DNA of 64,000 nt. Source: Camelus dromedarius. Lineage: Eukaryota. The stretch lies in assembly GCF_036321535.1 (NCBI RefSeq), contig NC_087436.1, positions 31,374,001 to 31,438,000 of the forward strand, read 5' to 3'. Shown here piece after piece: positions 1-11,385 of this stretch (positions are counted from its first letter, which is position 1; every line of letters begins with the position of its first letter). The notes beneath the pieces were generated by a model, which saw nothing but the letters and a program-made list of their open reading frames with translations, ran no database searches and was not told the DNA's origin. The position numbers and the translations under genes were made by a program.

Positions 1-1198
1 CAATTTTTCTTCATCACACTCAATTTCTGCTTCCACTCATTGGTTGCTTCAAACGTGTTTCAAACATCATTTCTTTGACCCACCTGAAATCTAACCCTAT
101 AAATAAGAAAAGCTTCCATTTCTAACCCTAAATCATAAATTTAGTATACGGAAGCCCTTTATCCTTTGTTAATTTTGCATGGAGCAGTATTTAGGCTTTC
201 ATTAACTCTTCTGATTGCCTTTTCCTTTTTTCTTTCTTCATGTTTGTTTTTTTGGTAGATGTTATAACTACTTTTACTAAAAGAGGTAAGGATGAAAAGT
301 GTGGGAGGAAAGAAGTGATGACCAGTACTTTGGTGCCCAAATCCGACCCATACTTCCTATGACTTTTACTAACTTACTATCATTTCTTTCCACTCTGCTG
401 CCTTCATCATTTCCCACACTTTCCTCTCTATAGCACATGGAGAAAAAGAACAGTTGGAGAACTGAGAGAAGAAATAAAGAAAATTGAAAAGTTAGCTAGA
501 AAGTAATTAGTAAGTTGGTCAGCAAGTTGAAGGGAAGGGAAGAAATAAGAGTGAAGAAGGGAGGGAGGGAGGAAGGAAGGGAGAAATGGAGGGGGACAGG
601 CAATTCTAAGGGAAGAAAAGGAGTTTTGATCCTTAACAGGGTAACAGAATTTTTTTAAGTTTCATGACTACTCCCCTGAAAATGCTTATAAATACAAAAG
701 TTTGCTAACAATTTCAAGAGTTCACAGATCTCTCTCCAAAGCCCATTCATAGATTGAATCCTTGCATTGGGATTTACTGTAAAAGTATGTCTCTGAATGA
801 AAAATATAACTGAAAGACAATTTTGAGAGACATTTTTTGGCTGTCGCCTTTGGCATAAAGCAGCTTGATATACAGAGACTGGGATGTACAATACTCGGGG
901 GGGGGGGAATATAAACAGAAAGCACAAAAAGGGCAGATTATATGATAGGACACCAAAATGCCTGAGGGACGCACTAGGAGTCTGACCCCGGATGGCACCA
1001 CATTGGCATATATCGGTTTCTTATGATACCATTGAGCTTTTCCTTAAAGAGCTCGCCCCAGCCTATCTGCCCTCCACTGCGGGTGGCTTGAGTCATCACA
1101 CTGCTTTAAAGAATGCAATCTGCTCTCCAGCTGGGAGCAAAGGTGAATTTAGTTCTGCTCTTTCTTGTCTCTTGAATAACACTTTCCTGACTGCTCAC

Positions 1199-1464
1199 CT
1201 CATCCTGTCAGCATCCCGTCACCATGTGCAGGGTTGGATCAGCCAGATGGAGTTCATCCAATGCTCTGTATCCATCTGGCAATGTGACGTCTGAGACAAT
1301 GCCATTCCTCAAGGAATCAGTTGAGAACTGGCACACCTGAAGTTTTTCACACAAAGCTCTGTCCGAGTACCTTTCCCTGATGTAACATTGCATCAGGTTA
1401 AGTCTGGACCCAGTTGTGAAGTCGGTGAGTGTGGATAATACTCACTGACGATAAGCTGCTCAAT
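1199..1464 (-). other. Candidate spliced exon (5'UTR or first coding exon ending in ATG-AG) of an unidentified minus-strand gene
   Basis: Minus-strand acceptor tctctgtttctctgattattttattctacccaccAG (AG at 1466-1465) and donor GAG|GTGAGC (GT at 1198-1197); 266 nt of non-repetitive sequence; all three frames from the acceptor contain stops; ends in aggATGAG. Confidence 0.5.
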
Positions 1465-1864
1465 CTGGTGGGTAGAATAAAATAATCAGAGAAACAGAGA
1501 AGTATAAGAGCCCCCAGAAGTGTTTATTCATCCTGTGGATGAACAGAATCTCTTGGGGAATACTTTTCGTGGCTCCCAATGCCTACCAAATAAAGGGAAG
1601 ACTCTATGTCTGTTTTATTCTGAAATCTGTTCCTGTTTCTAGCTTTATCTCTCCCTGTGGGTCCCCTCTTAGTCTGGACTTCAACTAACTTTACACAAAC
1701 CCTGAATTTTTCCCTTCTGCTATCTTATGATTTGATTTTCCCATTCCTATTCATATTTCTAATCTTCCCATATCAAAATCTCATCTATACTTTGAAGCCC
1801 ACCCTCTCTACCAAGAAATCCTCCTTTAAGCTTCCATCTTTATCCCAGAAGAACAAGGCTCTCA

Positions 1865-2050
1865 CAGTGGGGCAGAATACAGGCTTTGGATTCAGACAAA
1901 CATGAGTTTGAATCCAGGCTGTGTGCCATTAGAAAAGTTACCTAGCCTCCCTGAACCTCAGTCTTTCACCTGTAAAACTGGGGCAGATAATGCCTTTCAA
2001 GTATATTGTGAGTGTTGTCTAAAATAGAAGCATACTCAATAAGTGTTCAT
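1865..2050 (+). mobile_element. MIR SINE
   Basis: ggctttggattcagac..gtttgaatccaggct..aagttacctagcctccctgaacctcagtctttcacctgtaaaactgggg matches the MIR core. Confidence 0.8.
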
Positions 2051-2159
2051 TTCTTTATTTAAATTCTATTGTGTCCTTTTCAGTATTTATTGATATTTAC
2101 TATGTACTACTTTATTCTGGGGTTGCTTTGCACATGTCTCATCGCCCCTATTAGATAAT

Positions 2160-2450
2160 AATGCTCAAACATCAACTTACTGTAGAGGCTTTCTATAACT
2201 TTCATATGTAACCCACACCATCCATTTTTAATCCTCTTTCTCTGCTTTTTTGCTTCATCGTAACTATCACTATCCAGCATTATTTGCTTTTCTTTGTTTC
2301 TTTCTTTCTTTGGCATCTATTTCCCTCTATAGGTAAGTTCCAGAAGAGCAGGAACTTTTTCTATGTTGTCTACTGCTATATAACCAGCACCTGGAATAGA
2401 TCCTGGCAAATAGTAAGTGCTTAATAATATCATGCAAATTAATGAAGGAT
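2160..2450 (+). mobile_element. L2 LINE 3' end
   Basis: gtaagttccagaagagcaggaac..ccagcacctggaatagatcctggcaaatagtaagtgcttaataa, a typical L2 3' terminus. Confidence 0.75.
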
Positions 2451-2929
2451 TAAATATGTTCCTTGAGGCCAATGATAATTTCTTAACTGTTATAAAACCT
2501 CAAGACTGGAAGAGACATTAAAATCCTTTCATCAACTTTGGTGCTTTTCAGACGACCAGGCACACAACACAGCCTCTACCTTCTAATCTGAGGAGATGCT
2601 CACATCCCCCAAAATCCAATGCTCTTGAACAGTTCCCTCACTCTGAGGTGCCGTTCCTGCTGCAGAGAATTCCCTCTTCCAGCTCCATATCTGCCTGATG
2701 AATTCCTCCTGATCCCTCGAGACCCCAGGTGGCAAAGTGGCAGGAGCCCCACAGAACCAAGTTTGATGCACTCATTAGCTGGGTGATCTTGGACACCTTA
2801 ACTTGGCTCCCCAGGGCCTTGACTGTCTTGTTTGTAAAGGAATAGCAGAGCTGCGAAGGTAAAAGATTCTGGATGTAAAGAGTCCATCAAAGTGGAAAAA
2901 TTTTTAATGCAACCAAAACACCACAAAAT

Positions 2930-3190
2930 TCTTTACTGTTCCTTTCTCTGTAAAACTTTCTGTGAAGCAAAATTGATCATTCCCTTTCTATGTGTTTTGA
3001 TGAGTCATATAGACATTTTACTATAGCAATGATAGTATTACATTGATAGCAATAGATTTCCAATCTGTGTCCTCTGTTTGAATTGAGCTTAAGACAGAGG
3101 CCATAGCTGGATTGACATTTGTAGTCTCAGCCACTAGCACTGTGCCTGGCACAGAACAGACAGTCAATACCTATTTGGTCAATAAATAAA
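2930..3190 (+). mobile_element. L2 LINE 3' end (degenerate)
   Basis: ccactagcactgtgcctggcacagaacagacagtcaatacctatttgg, an L2 tail motif. Confidence 0.6.
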
Positions 3191-3800
3191 AGACTCTAGG
3201 AGATACGTGCTTGGCCTGCTAGGCTCCATGCCTTTGCCATTTCTCTAGATTATTTTCCCTCACTGGAAATTTATTCTTAAATGTCACCTCCTAGTTTATA
3301 GCTTTTCCCACCTGACTTTCCTTAGGTCAGTTAATATAGTCCTAGTGGCTGCCCCTATTGATCTCCTAACAAGCATCATATGAATTGCCCTCCAATGTCC
3401 AGTTGATTTCTATCAGCTGTCTTCATCCAACTCAGTGTACATGCTCATTCACTCCTGCCTTCAAGTGTGCACCTACTGAACAAGGCACAGACCTAGCAGA
3501 TAGCTTCTCTCTCTGTGCTGGGGGGTCATCCAGCACCCTGAACAACTCCTGTTAACCTGTGATGATCCTTTATGTTTTAAAAAGATCAACATAAAAAAAA
3601 AAACATATTCCATAGCATTATGGCCAGCAACAACCAGTTTGTAAGACAAATTACCAATAGCTTTGTATGTGGAAAATGGCAAGTCATTCTGAACGTATTT
3701 TCTGATTTCCAATTAATTTTCTAAGATTGGTTTATCTATATTTATGCGTTTATAAGCAGTACTAGGAGATAAAAATAAGTTAGATATTGTACTACATTTT

Positions 3801-3861
3801 AAAATGGCACTACTGAAAAATGCAAAAAAAATAAATAAATAAATAAAATGGCACTACTGAA
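3801..3861 (+). mobile_element. Ultra-truncated retrotransposon insertion (essentially tail only) with 17-bp TSD
   Basis: aaaatggcactactgaa at 3801-3817 and 3845-3861 flanks a 27-nt A-rich insert; preceded by tttt (TTTT/AAAA L1 endonuclease site). Confidence 0.8.
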
Positions 3862-5696
3862 GATATTATTGCCAGTTCTTTTAAACCGGAATCTAAGCCT
3901 TCAGTATATGATAAACTAAGCAGAGTTGAAAGCAAGGAAAATGATATATTTTTGATGCAGATCTTCCTATCTATTAGATTACCTGCCCCCAAACAAAAGA
4001 AAGAGATGTCACCCTGACCAGGACTTCTAAAGAACAAAAGAATTTACAGGTCTGGTGGTGCAAATGAAACTTGAAACTATTATCCAAAAATAAAAGATGA
4101 AAATGCTCTCTCGAAATGAGAAAGCAAATTGGAAATAACATGGAGCAAGAGGGCACAAAAGGACCCAGGCTCTCATTACCAGACTCTGTAAGTCAGAATG
4201 CCTAAAGCCTCCCTCGACACAGCCTGCCACTCAGTCTGCATATCTGTAAAATGGAGATAAAAAGTGCACTCCCTTCCTGGTATCAGAGGTGGTAGGATGA
4301 ATCGCTGCGAATGCATTTCAAAATGCACAGATGAAGGATAACAGAAATAAAGCGTAAAGACTACTATTCAGAAATGCTCTTTCAAATATTCTTGATACTT
4401 GGGCAGATTTCTCTAGATGCTTGAGGCATTGTCCAGATGTGTAGGATTTTTAAAGGCCTCTGTGGAAAAAACAAACAGTTCGCTGTTTGATCTGGAGAAC
4501 AGAATAAGACCTCAAGCCTTTGCCGACTGTCCAGAGTGCTGTTTCAGATGCTGTACAATATACAGACTGAAAAGGTAAAAGTCTCTGCTGACTAACATCA
4601 CACAAACCAGAGGAAAGACAAAAGGGCTGGAATAAAACACAGCCATCCTAAATTCTTATTTTGATTTCTTATTTCTCCTTGCTCTACTTGGAAAATGATT
4701 TACCTCTTCCCCTCTCTGCAGTGGGCAGAGGACCAGGCTAGAGTTGGGAGCTCTGGCTTAGCATCCAGATTCATCCATTTACACAGGACAAGTCTTATGT
4801 GCTTCAGGCCTATGCTCTGTCACCTTTAAAATACACACATGTGATTCCTATACCATAGGCTGTTTAAAACATGACAAAAATGATTCTAAAGATGCTGTCA
4901 ATTGCAAGCACTCAATGTAAGAAGCTGTTAGAAGGGTTCTCTATCTACTACCTTCTAAATTCATAAAGACTTCAGAGAAACCAGTCAGTTACCATCTATG
5001 GAAAACCGAGCAATGAGTGGAAAGAAGTCTGTAGAAAACACAAAAACCTTGGTCTCACAAAATGAATGATGGAATCCACCTCCCCAAAGAAATCCACTGT
5101 ATGAATAGTTAAGAGTTATATCATTATAGGCACAGTTTCTGGGCAAATGTGATGGATAATTCTGGGATTCTATAATCAGAGGAAAGGCATGAGACTACCA
5201 TCTTGTCCACTCCATTACGTGGCAAAAGGAAGATACACTAGCAGATGCCAGCCCTGCAATGAGCAGACAAATGCCACTGTTAGGGAATGGAGCAAGGACA
5301 GCAGGTCACACAATCCCGGTTATCCAACAACAGAAACACTGTCAGCAGAGGCAGCCGCAGCCACCTCAGATTTAAAGAACAATGATAGATATAACTAGAG
5401 GAATAGATGAAGCTGGAATACGGAAATGCTACTGGATGCTCCCGATATTGTCTGTGTTCATAACACGCTAATCACATCATCGAGAATGACTGCTTTCTAA
5501 GCCATAAATATTTTCAGTAGCTGCAGAAACACAATGCAGCTGTGTGTTTCTGTGATAAGCCCTTCATATAGAAAGCAAGCCCATACGCTCGCAGAGATAG
5601 GATGGAGGGGCTGATGGTGGAAAATGGAAGAAAGTGGTTCTTCCCCGGCTCTCTCCATTGTTGGCTCAGCAAGTGCTCAACGTTATCTAACAATCT

Positions 5697-5910
5697 TTAC
5701 ATGCGTAGCACCTTTCTTACAGAGAAGAAAAGGCAATTCTGAGGCATTACTTCATTGCTCTTCATCATGCCCCCAGGGAATAGGTAGCAAGTATTATCCA
5801 ATTTTGCAGGCAGTAAAAGTGAGGCTGTGATTGGCTGAACATCTGGGTAAAGGTTATAGAGCAAGTCTGTGCTATTGTGGAGATTAGAACCAGTTCTCCT
5901 GCCTCTTTTT
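5697..5910 (-). mobile_element. Ancient CORE-SINE (MIR / MIR1_Amn-like)
   Basis: aagtattatccaattttgcagg..gtgaggctg..aaggttatagagcaagtctgtg..attagaaccagttctcctg is a reverse MIR core. Confidence 0.6.
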
Positions 5911-6607
5911 GCAATACCTATTACTTAAACACACTTTAAAACTCATTAAAACGGCAGTGAAATAAGGAAATGTGCTCACAGAACAATGCCAAGCGAAATT
6001 AAAGAAGGAAAATAAGGATGGAAAACTTCACATTCAGTATCATTCTTAGTTACACAAAATGCATAGGTTATAAAATTGGACTTGCGGGCAGCCAACAGTA
6101 GCAGCAATAAAGTCTGGATTGGGGGGTAACTGGTGATTTGGGGTTTTTTCTTCATACCACTCTTTATTTTACAAGTTCCAAATTATGAGCAATCAAATTT
6201 TTGATGAGAAAAATAATTCAAAGTGCAAAATTCATTAACAGTGCTTTACAGATCATAAAAATGTGCAAGTATCAGTCAATAACATTTTTAGAGTTTCTAA
6301 ACTCGATATGATGAGTGTTAACAAAGAGAAAGAAAATATTTCTGGAGGTTTGTTTGTTTGTTTGTTTTTTTGCTTCCAAACACACTGCAAACTCCCCCGC
6401 ACCGTAACCAATCCTACACTGGCCAGCAGATTTATTTTCTAAACTACAGCCCTAATCAATGACACCTTAGTCCCTCCTAAATTAACTCCAAAGTGCTGAG
6501 TCTGATATTCAGCCTAGAATATGACCACAAACTTGTCATCTTGCTCTTTGACTAGATCCTTACCTACTCTATGGATCTTCCATTCTTCAAAAACATTTCA
6601 TTTATTT

Positions 6608-7632
6608 GAGAAAGGACAGTCTTTTCAACAAGCGATGTTGCAAAAACCTGGATACTTACATGTAAAAGAATGAAGTTGGATTCTTACCTTGCACGATATA
6701 CAAAAATTAAATCAAAATGGATCAAAGATCTAAATGTTAAGAGCTAAAACTGTAAAATCCTTAGAAGAAAACAGAGAAAATATTCCAGATGATAGACTTG
6801 GCAATGATTTTTTTGGATATGACAGCTAAAGCACAGGTAGCAAAAGAAAAATAGATAAATCAGATTACGTCAAAATTTAAAACTTTTATGTATTAAAGGA
6901 CGGTATCAACAGAGTAAAAGGCAACCTATGGAATGGGAAAAGTATTTGCAAATTATATATATGATAAGGGTTTAATATCCAGAATACACAAAGAATTCCT
7001 CCAGCTCAACAACACAAAAATAAACCAGTCAAAAAATGGACAAAGGACTTGAATAGACATTTCTTCAAAAAAGATACAAAGAGCCAAAAATCACAAGAAA
7101 AGATGCTTGACATCACTAATCATTAGGAAAGTACAAATCAAAACTACAACTGGGTACCATTTCACACCCATTAGGATGGCTGTTATCAAAAAGGAAAAAC
7201 AGAAAGTAATGATTGTTGACGAGGACGTGGGCAAGTTGGAATCCTCCTACATCGCTGGCGAAAATGTAAAGCGGTGCAGCTGCCACGGAAAACAGTACGG
7301 TCCCCCAAAAATTAAGCAGAATTACCATATGATCCAGCAATTCCACTTGTGGCTACAAGCCCAAAAGAACTGAAAGCAGGGTCTCAAAGAGAGAGTTTTA
7401 CACCCATGTTTACAGCAGTGTTAGTCATAGTAGTTAAAAGAAGAAAGCAACCCTAAGTGTCCAATAAGAGATAAATGGATAAAGAAGATGTGAGATATAG
7501 ATATAGATACGGATATAGATATATATACACACACGTATATATACAATGGAATATATATATACACACACACATGCAATGGAATGTGTATATATATATACAC
7601 ACACAGTGGAATGTATACATATATACAGTGGA

Positions 7633-7675
<43 letters not shown>

Positions 7676-8103
7676 GGAATACTTTACCAAAAAACGGAAC
7701 AAAATTTTGCCATTTGCAGCAACATCGATGGACTTGGAGGGCCTTATTCTAAGTGAAATGTCAGACAGAGAAAGACAAATACTGTATGATATTACTCACA
7801 TGTGGAATCTGAAAAATATAACAAAAAAGAAGCAGCCTTACAGATACAGAGAACAAACTAGTAGTTACCAGTGGGGAGAGGATTGGGAGAGGGACAATAT
7901 AGGGCCAAAGAGTAGAAGGTACAAAGTACTGGGCATAAGATTGGCTCACGGATGTACTGTACAACACAGAAAATACAGACAATATTTTGCAATAACTGTA
8001 AATGGAGTGTAAGCTTTAAAAATTGTGAATCACTATAGCGCACACCGGTAACTTGTATAATATTGTACAGCAACTAGATTTCAATTGAAAAAAAAGAAAA
8101 AAA
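6608..8103 (+). mobile_element. L1 LINE, 5'-truncated (decayed ORF2 C-terminus + 3'UTR + A tail), inserted in a degenerate L2
   Basis: ORF 7107-7373 (SLIIRKVQIKTTTGYHFTPIRMAVIKK) resembles the L1 ORF2 C-terminal region; ORF 7581-8012 has ILPFAATSMDLEGLILSE; A-rich tail at about 8088-8103. Confidence 0.95.
7495..7680. repeat. Compound (TA)/(CA) microsatellite with five CARTGGAAT units inside the L1
   Basis: caatggaat/cagtggaat at 7544, 7574, 7604, 7626 and 7672, separated by TA/CA runs. Confidence 0.95.
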
Positions 8104-11100
8104 TCTCAGTCTTTTCTAATTGTATGTTCCTTTAGGCTGAAATGTCCCCAACCCTACCGCCTACATTTGAAATCCAACCTTCCATTCAAGGCTGCTGATT
8201 AAATAATTCTCTTACTGAAGTCTCTCAACCAGATGCAACCTTGTCCTCCTCTGAATCCTCAAAGTAGTCTTGAATGTAGCAAAGTGCATTACAAAGCACT
8301 TCTTTATAAATTATACCATTTGATACTCACATAAACATTATAATATCCATTTTAAATAAATGAAATTTGAGAAAAGTTATGTAGCCAGCTAAGTTCAACC
8401 CACTGGCATGTGACTAAAGATCTACTCTACGGCTTCCAGGTTTATGCGGGGCTGCCCCAAACCTACCGGATCTAACTTTTGGCACTAACTACATACTTCT
8501 TTGAATGATTCATTATTTATAAGCCTCTTTTTTTAATATCTCTACTAAGCTATAAACTCCTTGAGAACAGGGACCAAACATTTTTGTAACCCCAACAGTC
8601 CTAAGCATATATTCACACAGTACTTGTGGACTGAATGAAATTGTCATCTGTGGTCAATTTTTGTAATAACAGAATGGACCCTACTAACGAAACACACAGC
8701 AATAACCTAGGCTTGAAAAATATAAGTACCACAAAAAGACATTGTATCCCTAACTGATACCAAAGCATGGCAATTGTCCAGCTGGATAAGATATCCGAAC
8801 AGTTAATTCATGTGGGGAAAAAAAAATGTTGTTCAGAAACATCACAACTGGCTTTAGCTGAGTAATACTCAGTTTCTGCATTTGCCTTAACTCCTCTGCC
8901 ATTTACTATCTGTGTTATTTTAGGCAGTCATTCTCAATGTTTTGATAAGGGTTATCACCACATTCTTACTCATTCATTTCTGCAAAACATTTTATCCTGC
9001 TCCTACTTAAGGAAGCTAAACAAACCAATGTTTTGCATTACTGAGTTTGTCAAATAGCAACATCTGCACTTCAAAGGTTTGTCCAGCTTCTTGGCCAGGT
9101 CTGAGGGTTCTAACCCAGTATATGTTACAGCAGATGGTCTCTAAATTGGACTTGGAGCAGTTCTTTTAGATCTTTGCTTTTCTTAACATTTATTTGAGGA
9201 TTAATTGCAAACATCTAATAGCAGCACACTATGCTTACTAATATAACCCCCAGCAGCCTGAAGACATATAAATTTCATGTTTGGTTATTACTAGTCTCTG
9301 TACATTGCCAGTCCCTGTCATTTACTCCATATCCCTCTATTCTCCACTTTCAATAACTTTACTCAAATTGACCTTATATTCTTATGAGAAGGATGAAGAC
9401 TGTAGAACACATTACCAGCATAATACATGCTGCTTCACTGGTGACTTGGGATTCCCTATGCAGTCACTGAACGGGGCCATTTCCACAGAGTCTCTGACAT
9501 TATAGACACACCTCCAGCCTAGCAGACGCAACTTTCCTCTTAGTTACTGGAGTCTTTGAAGTTGGCCATGTCAGCAAAGCACTGATTATTTTTAGATGAC
9601 CCATGGGGTGCACAGCTCTCTGCCAGGTGGCCATGCCTCTGCATAAACAAGCCTGTGACTGTCCTGTATAATGATGGAATGATGCAGTGTGGATCAGACA
9701 TGGTGGAAACCCACGACAGGGTTTGGAGGAAGACAGAAATTGGAGGTTCTCCACACTATCTGACATTTCTTCCAATGTTTTTGTTTGTTTATTTGTTTTT
9801 TCCCTTGACACAGTACTCGACTCTTCTAACTCTTTAATATCGTCCAGGAAACTAGAGAGGGCATCCCCAGGATCCCGGCTGATGCCCCAAGGAAAGGTGG
9901 AAAGCAGGAGTGCAGTCCAGCACAAGAATGAGACAGCTCCCCAGCCAGGGCTCCCACACCAAGACTCCCGGACGTGCATCCACCCAGAGGTGTCCACTTG
10001 GCTTTGTGGGGGTGCACGCGTGTTTTGTGGTGGTTCTGAAGTAATTGCTCTCAGAATTTGCTTTAAGTGCGTTCCTTCACATGAAGCCAAGGCAGGCAGT
10101 GCACACCAAGGAAGGCAAATCTTGGCTTGGGAAATAACAAAGGTCTTTTTCTGTTTCAGAGCCAAAGAGACTGAAACTCAAGAAAGATGGGGGGGGGGGA
10201 AGTATTTTAAACAATTTGTAGCTATTTTGCTTGATTTTCCCTTGAAGCAATAAATAACCGTGCTCCCTGCTGCTGGTATTTTATCGAGCTCTGTTTGTTA
10301 TAACTGTGCATTATGTTCCATACAAGACAGCATCTTTGAGCTTTCTTTTCACATTTCCCTACTTCAGTTTAACTCCATGAGGAGCAGCACCAACGTACCA
10401 CCAGGACGGAGAAGAAATAGCAGAACCTGCTGCTAGACCCCACCGCCTGAATGCAGAACGCCCCTATTAGGAACAGGCGAATGCCAAGCTGGCTTCTTTA
10501 GTGGAAATTAATGCTGTGAAACAAAATAAGCAGGAGCCTCTAGATTAACAACCATTCCCTGCTGCTGATGACCGTGGCCACTAAGAAGGCCAGAACAAGA
10601 GAAAATGATTTCCCACACAGTGCACCCACCCTCCTAACCCACCCCTCTCTCCTGAACACAGAAGAGCAGTGGTAGGGGGTGAGGATCTCTGAGGATGGTC
10701 CTGGCAGTTTGGGTTTCAATGAAGTGTGGTCTATTTTGTTTCTCTGTAAAAGGCAGAGGAATCAGGGAATATTCATGTCGTAATGACACAAGTTGATAAG
10801 TTGCAACTGACTAGAGTCACTGTTCCTCAAATAATCAGGCCTATGACTTGGATGGATGACATTTGATTTTTCTGCTCCCAAGGCCTGTACTCAACGATAG
10901 TAACAATCACAATGTGAATAAATACTCAAATGCAGAGCATTTTTTTAACTTCCGTTTTTCATTTGATCCTTAGAAACAGAGGTAAGTAGGTGAGGCTCCT
11001 CCTCATTTCTACAACACGTGGGTCACTCAGTGATCGCCTCCATTTTCCTCTCTGAAAAATGAGCATTTATGACAAAGCCTTAACTATTCGCTGGGCCTGT

Positions 11101-11314
11101 GTTAATCCAAATCACTAGAAATAAATTGCAAGCCACTTTTCAACTGCTGAAGGACAGGCGAGGCAAAGTTTGTGTTTCAAATTGAGCAGACTCTTCCTTC
11201 CCTTTTATGAGTAAGTGAATGATGTGGAAAGATCCGCCGGGGCTGAGACCTGAGAGAGCGAACGTGAGCGCTGCAGAGCAGTAAGTCATCACGGCGTGAG
11301 CAGAGCACACTCAC

Positions 11315-11385
11315 CCTGGCCCTCTAATCCACACTGTCTGCCCGAGTGTCGAAAGGAACATCCTCTGCCAGGAAGAATCCATCTC
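11315..11385 (-). other. Weak candidate 71-nt exon
   Basis: Minus-strand acceptor ccctcttgtctttaaAG and donor AGG|GTGAGT, in locally CpG-richer unique sequence. Confidence 0.25.

Noticed and set aside
530..600. Purine-rich GGAA/GGGA tract (H-DNA or G4 potential)
   Set aside because: Common low-complexity sequence with no supporting context
5524..5552. Hairpin cagaaacaca-N9-tgtgtttctg
   Set aside because: A 10-bp stem is too short for a pre-miRNA and is expected by chance
7544..7680. Repeat-spacer (CRISPR-like) pattern of CARTGGAAT units
   Set aside because: Only 9-bp units with low-complexity spacers inside an L1 in mammalian DNA; no cas genes
7421..7756. CVCVCV / THTHTH ORFs
   Set aside because: Translations of the (CA)/(TA) microsatellite
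9500..10253. Longest ORFs in the window (221 aa on -, 188 aa on +, overlapping)
   Set aside because: Non-ATG starts, no recognisable domain, run through a (TTTG)-like tract, and have no convincing paired splice sites; consistent with chance in a GC-richer patch
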